NCBI GenBank assembly: GCA_010405405.1
Contig: MU004241.1
Location: 434,001 to 498,000 of the forward strand
Direction: 5' to 3'
Length of the DNA stretch: 64,000 nucleotides
Source: Microthyrium microscopicum
Taxonomy: Eukaryota
Part shown: piece by piece, positions 63,477-64,000 of the stretch
How the letters are laid out: each line of letters opens with the position of its first letter
How positions within the stretch are numbered: position 1 is the first letter of the stretch
Notes under the pieces: generated by a model
The model's input: the letters and a program-made list of their open reading frames with translations, nothing else
What the model was told of the DNA's origin: nothing
Databases searched by the model: none
Position numbers and translations under genes: made by a program

Positions 63477-64000
63477 ATGAAGCTCAGCATTGCTGTTGCT
63501 TCTCTCACTCTCCAAGCCCTCGCGGTTTTGGCCGCCCCTGCTGGCACTCCAGCAGTCAAGGGTAAGTTGAAAATTCCATCTCCCTTAAGCATATGCTAAC
63601 TCCTCATTTAGCTATTCGTGCCTCTGTCGACGAGCTCAGCATCGCTGAGTGGAATGGTCTTGCCTTCAAACGCGATGAATTCGAATTGAAGTCCAAGGTT
63701 GGTGACAAGTCCAAGGTCGGCGACAAGTCCAAGGTCGGCGACAAATCCAAGGTTGGCGACAAATCCAAGGTCGGTGACAAGTCCAAGGTCGGCGACAAAT
63801 CCAAGGTCGGCGACAAATCCAAGGTCGGCGACAAATCCAAGGTCGGCGACAAGCGCGGATTCACTCACTACAACGGAGGCTGGGTCGCCAAGCTCAAGCC
63901 AAAAGAGAAGCGCGGATCTGCTCACTACGATGGAGGCTGGGTCGCCAAGCTCAAGGACAAGCGTACGGTCAACTACAACGACTGGAAAGCCAAGCTATTC
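63477..64000 (+). CDS. Secreted Kex2-processed repeat protein, putative RiPP precursor (3'-truncated by window end)
   Basis: ATG at 63477 in CACCATG context; signal peptide MKLSIAVASLTLQALAVLA; intron 63562-63611 (GTAAGT...GCTAAC...TAG); then AIRASVDELSIAEWNGLAF-KR-DEFELK(SKVGDK)9R-GFTHYNGGWVAKLKPKE-KR-GSAHYDGGWVAKLKD-KR-TVNYNDWKAKLF. The frame is open to the window end. Confidence 0.88.
63692..63853 (+). repeat. Coding minisatellite, 9 x 18 bp (SKVGDK)
   Basis: Unit TCCAAGGT(C/T)GG(C/T)GACAA(A/G); all variation falls at third codon positions of the plus-strand frame. Confidence 0.97.

Noticed and set aside
63647..63673. EWNGLAF-KR resembling the victorin core GLKLAF-KR
   Set aside because: Single copy with only a short match; may be coincidence.
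63692..63853. CRISPR-like array
   Set aside because: Head-to-tail repeats without spacers, inside a eukaryotic coding exon.
63604..63925. Minus-strand ORFs with LSPTLD or ADLGFV repeats
   Set aside because: These are antisense shadows. The plus frame has a signal peptide, a canonical intron, KR sites and purely synonymous repeat variation.
63477..64000. Alpha-factor-like mating pheromone precursor
   Set aside because: Pheromone precursors are also KR-repeat proteins, but these modules lack the Cys pair and the STE13 X-A/X-P spacers typical of Pezizomycotina alpha pheromones, and the adjacent DUF3328 gene favours a RiPP. Not formally excluded.

Overview
Filamentous ascomycete (fungal) genomic DNA: intron-containing genes of moderate GC are interrupted by three AT-rich transposons inactivated by repeat-induced point mutation (RIP), each with readable termini and target-site duplications. 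These are a hAT-type element (6709-9409), a Copia LTR retrotransposon (22332-28774) that splits a GNAT acetyltransferase gene, and a PIF/Harbinger element (51987-55310). The left ~45 kb is mostly accessory genes: BTB and F-box-like proteins, a putative ADP-ribosyltransferase, an IDI-2-like secreted protein, archaemetzincin, an atypical arginase-family protein, alkaline phosphatase, a Met-rich SURNod19-like protein, a P450, GH127 and an OPT transporter. The right part holds housekeeping genes (MMtag-domain protein, MED6, NMT1, mitochondrial L36). The most notable signal is at the right edge and is missed by the ORF track: a DUF3328/UstYa-type oxidase with two HxxHC motifs, divergently transcribed from a secreted Kex2-repeat precursor. 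The precursor has nine SKVGDK tandem repeats and KR-flanked Tyr/Trp cores (GFTHYNGGWVAKLK, GSAHYDGGWVAKLK, TVNYNDWKAKLF...). This is a candidate fungal RiPP (dikaritin-type) cluster whose cores do not match the ones I know, and it continues beyond the window. All gene models were read by eye and no database searches were run.
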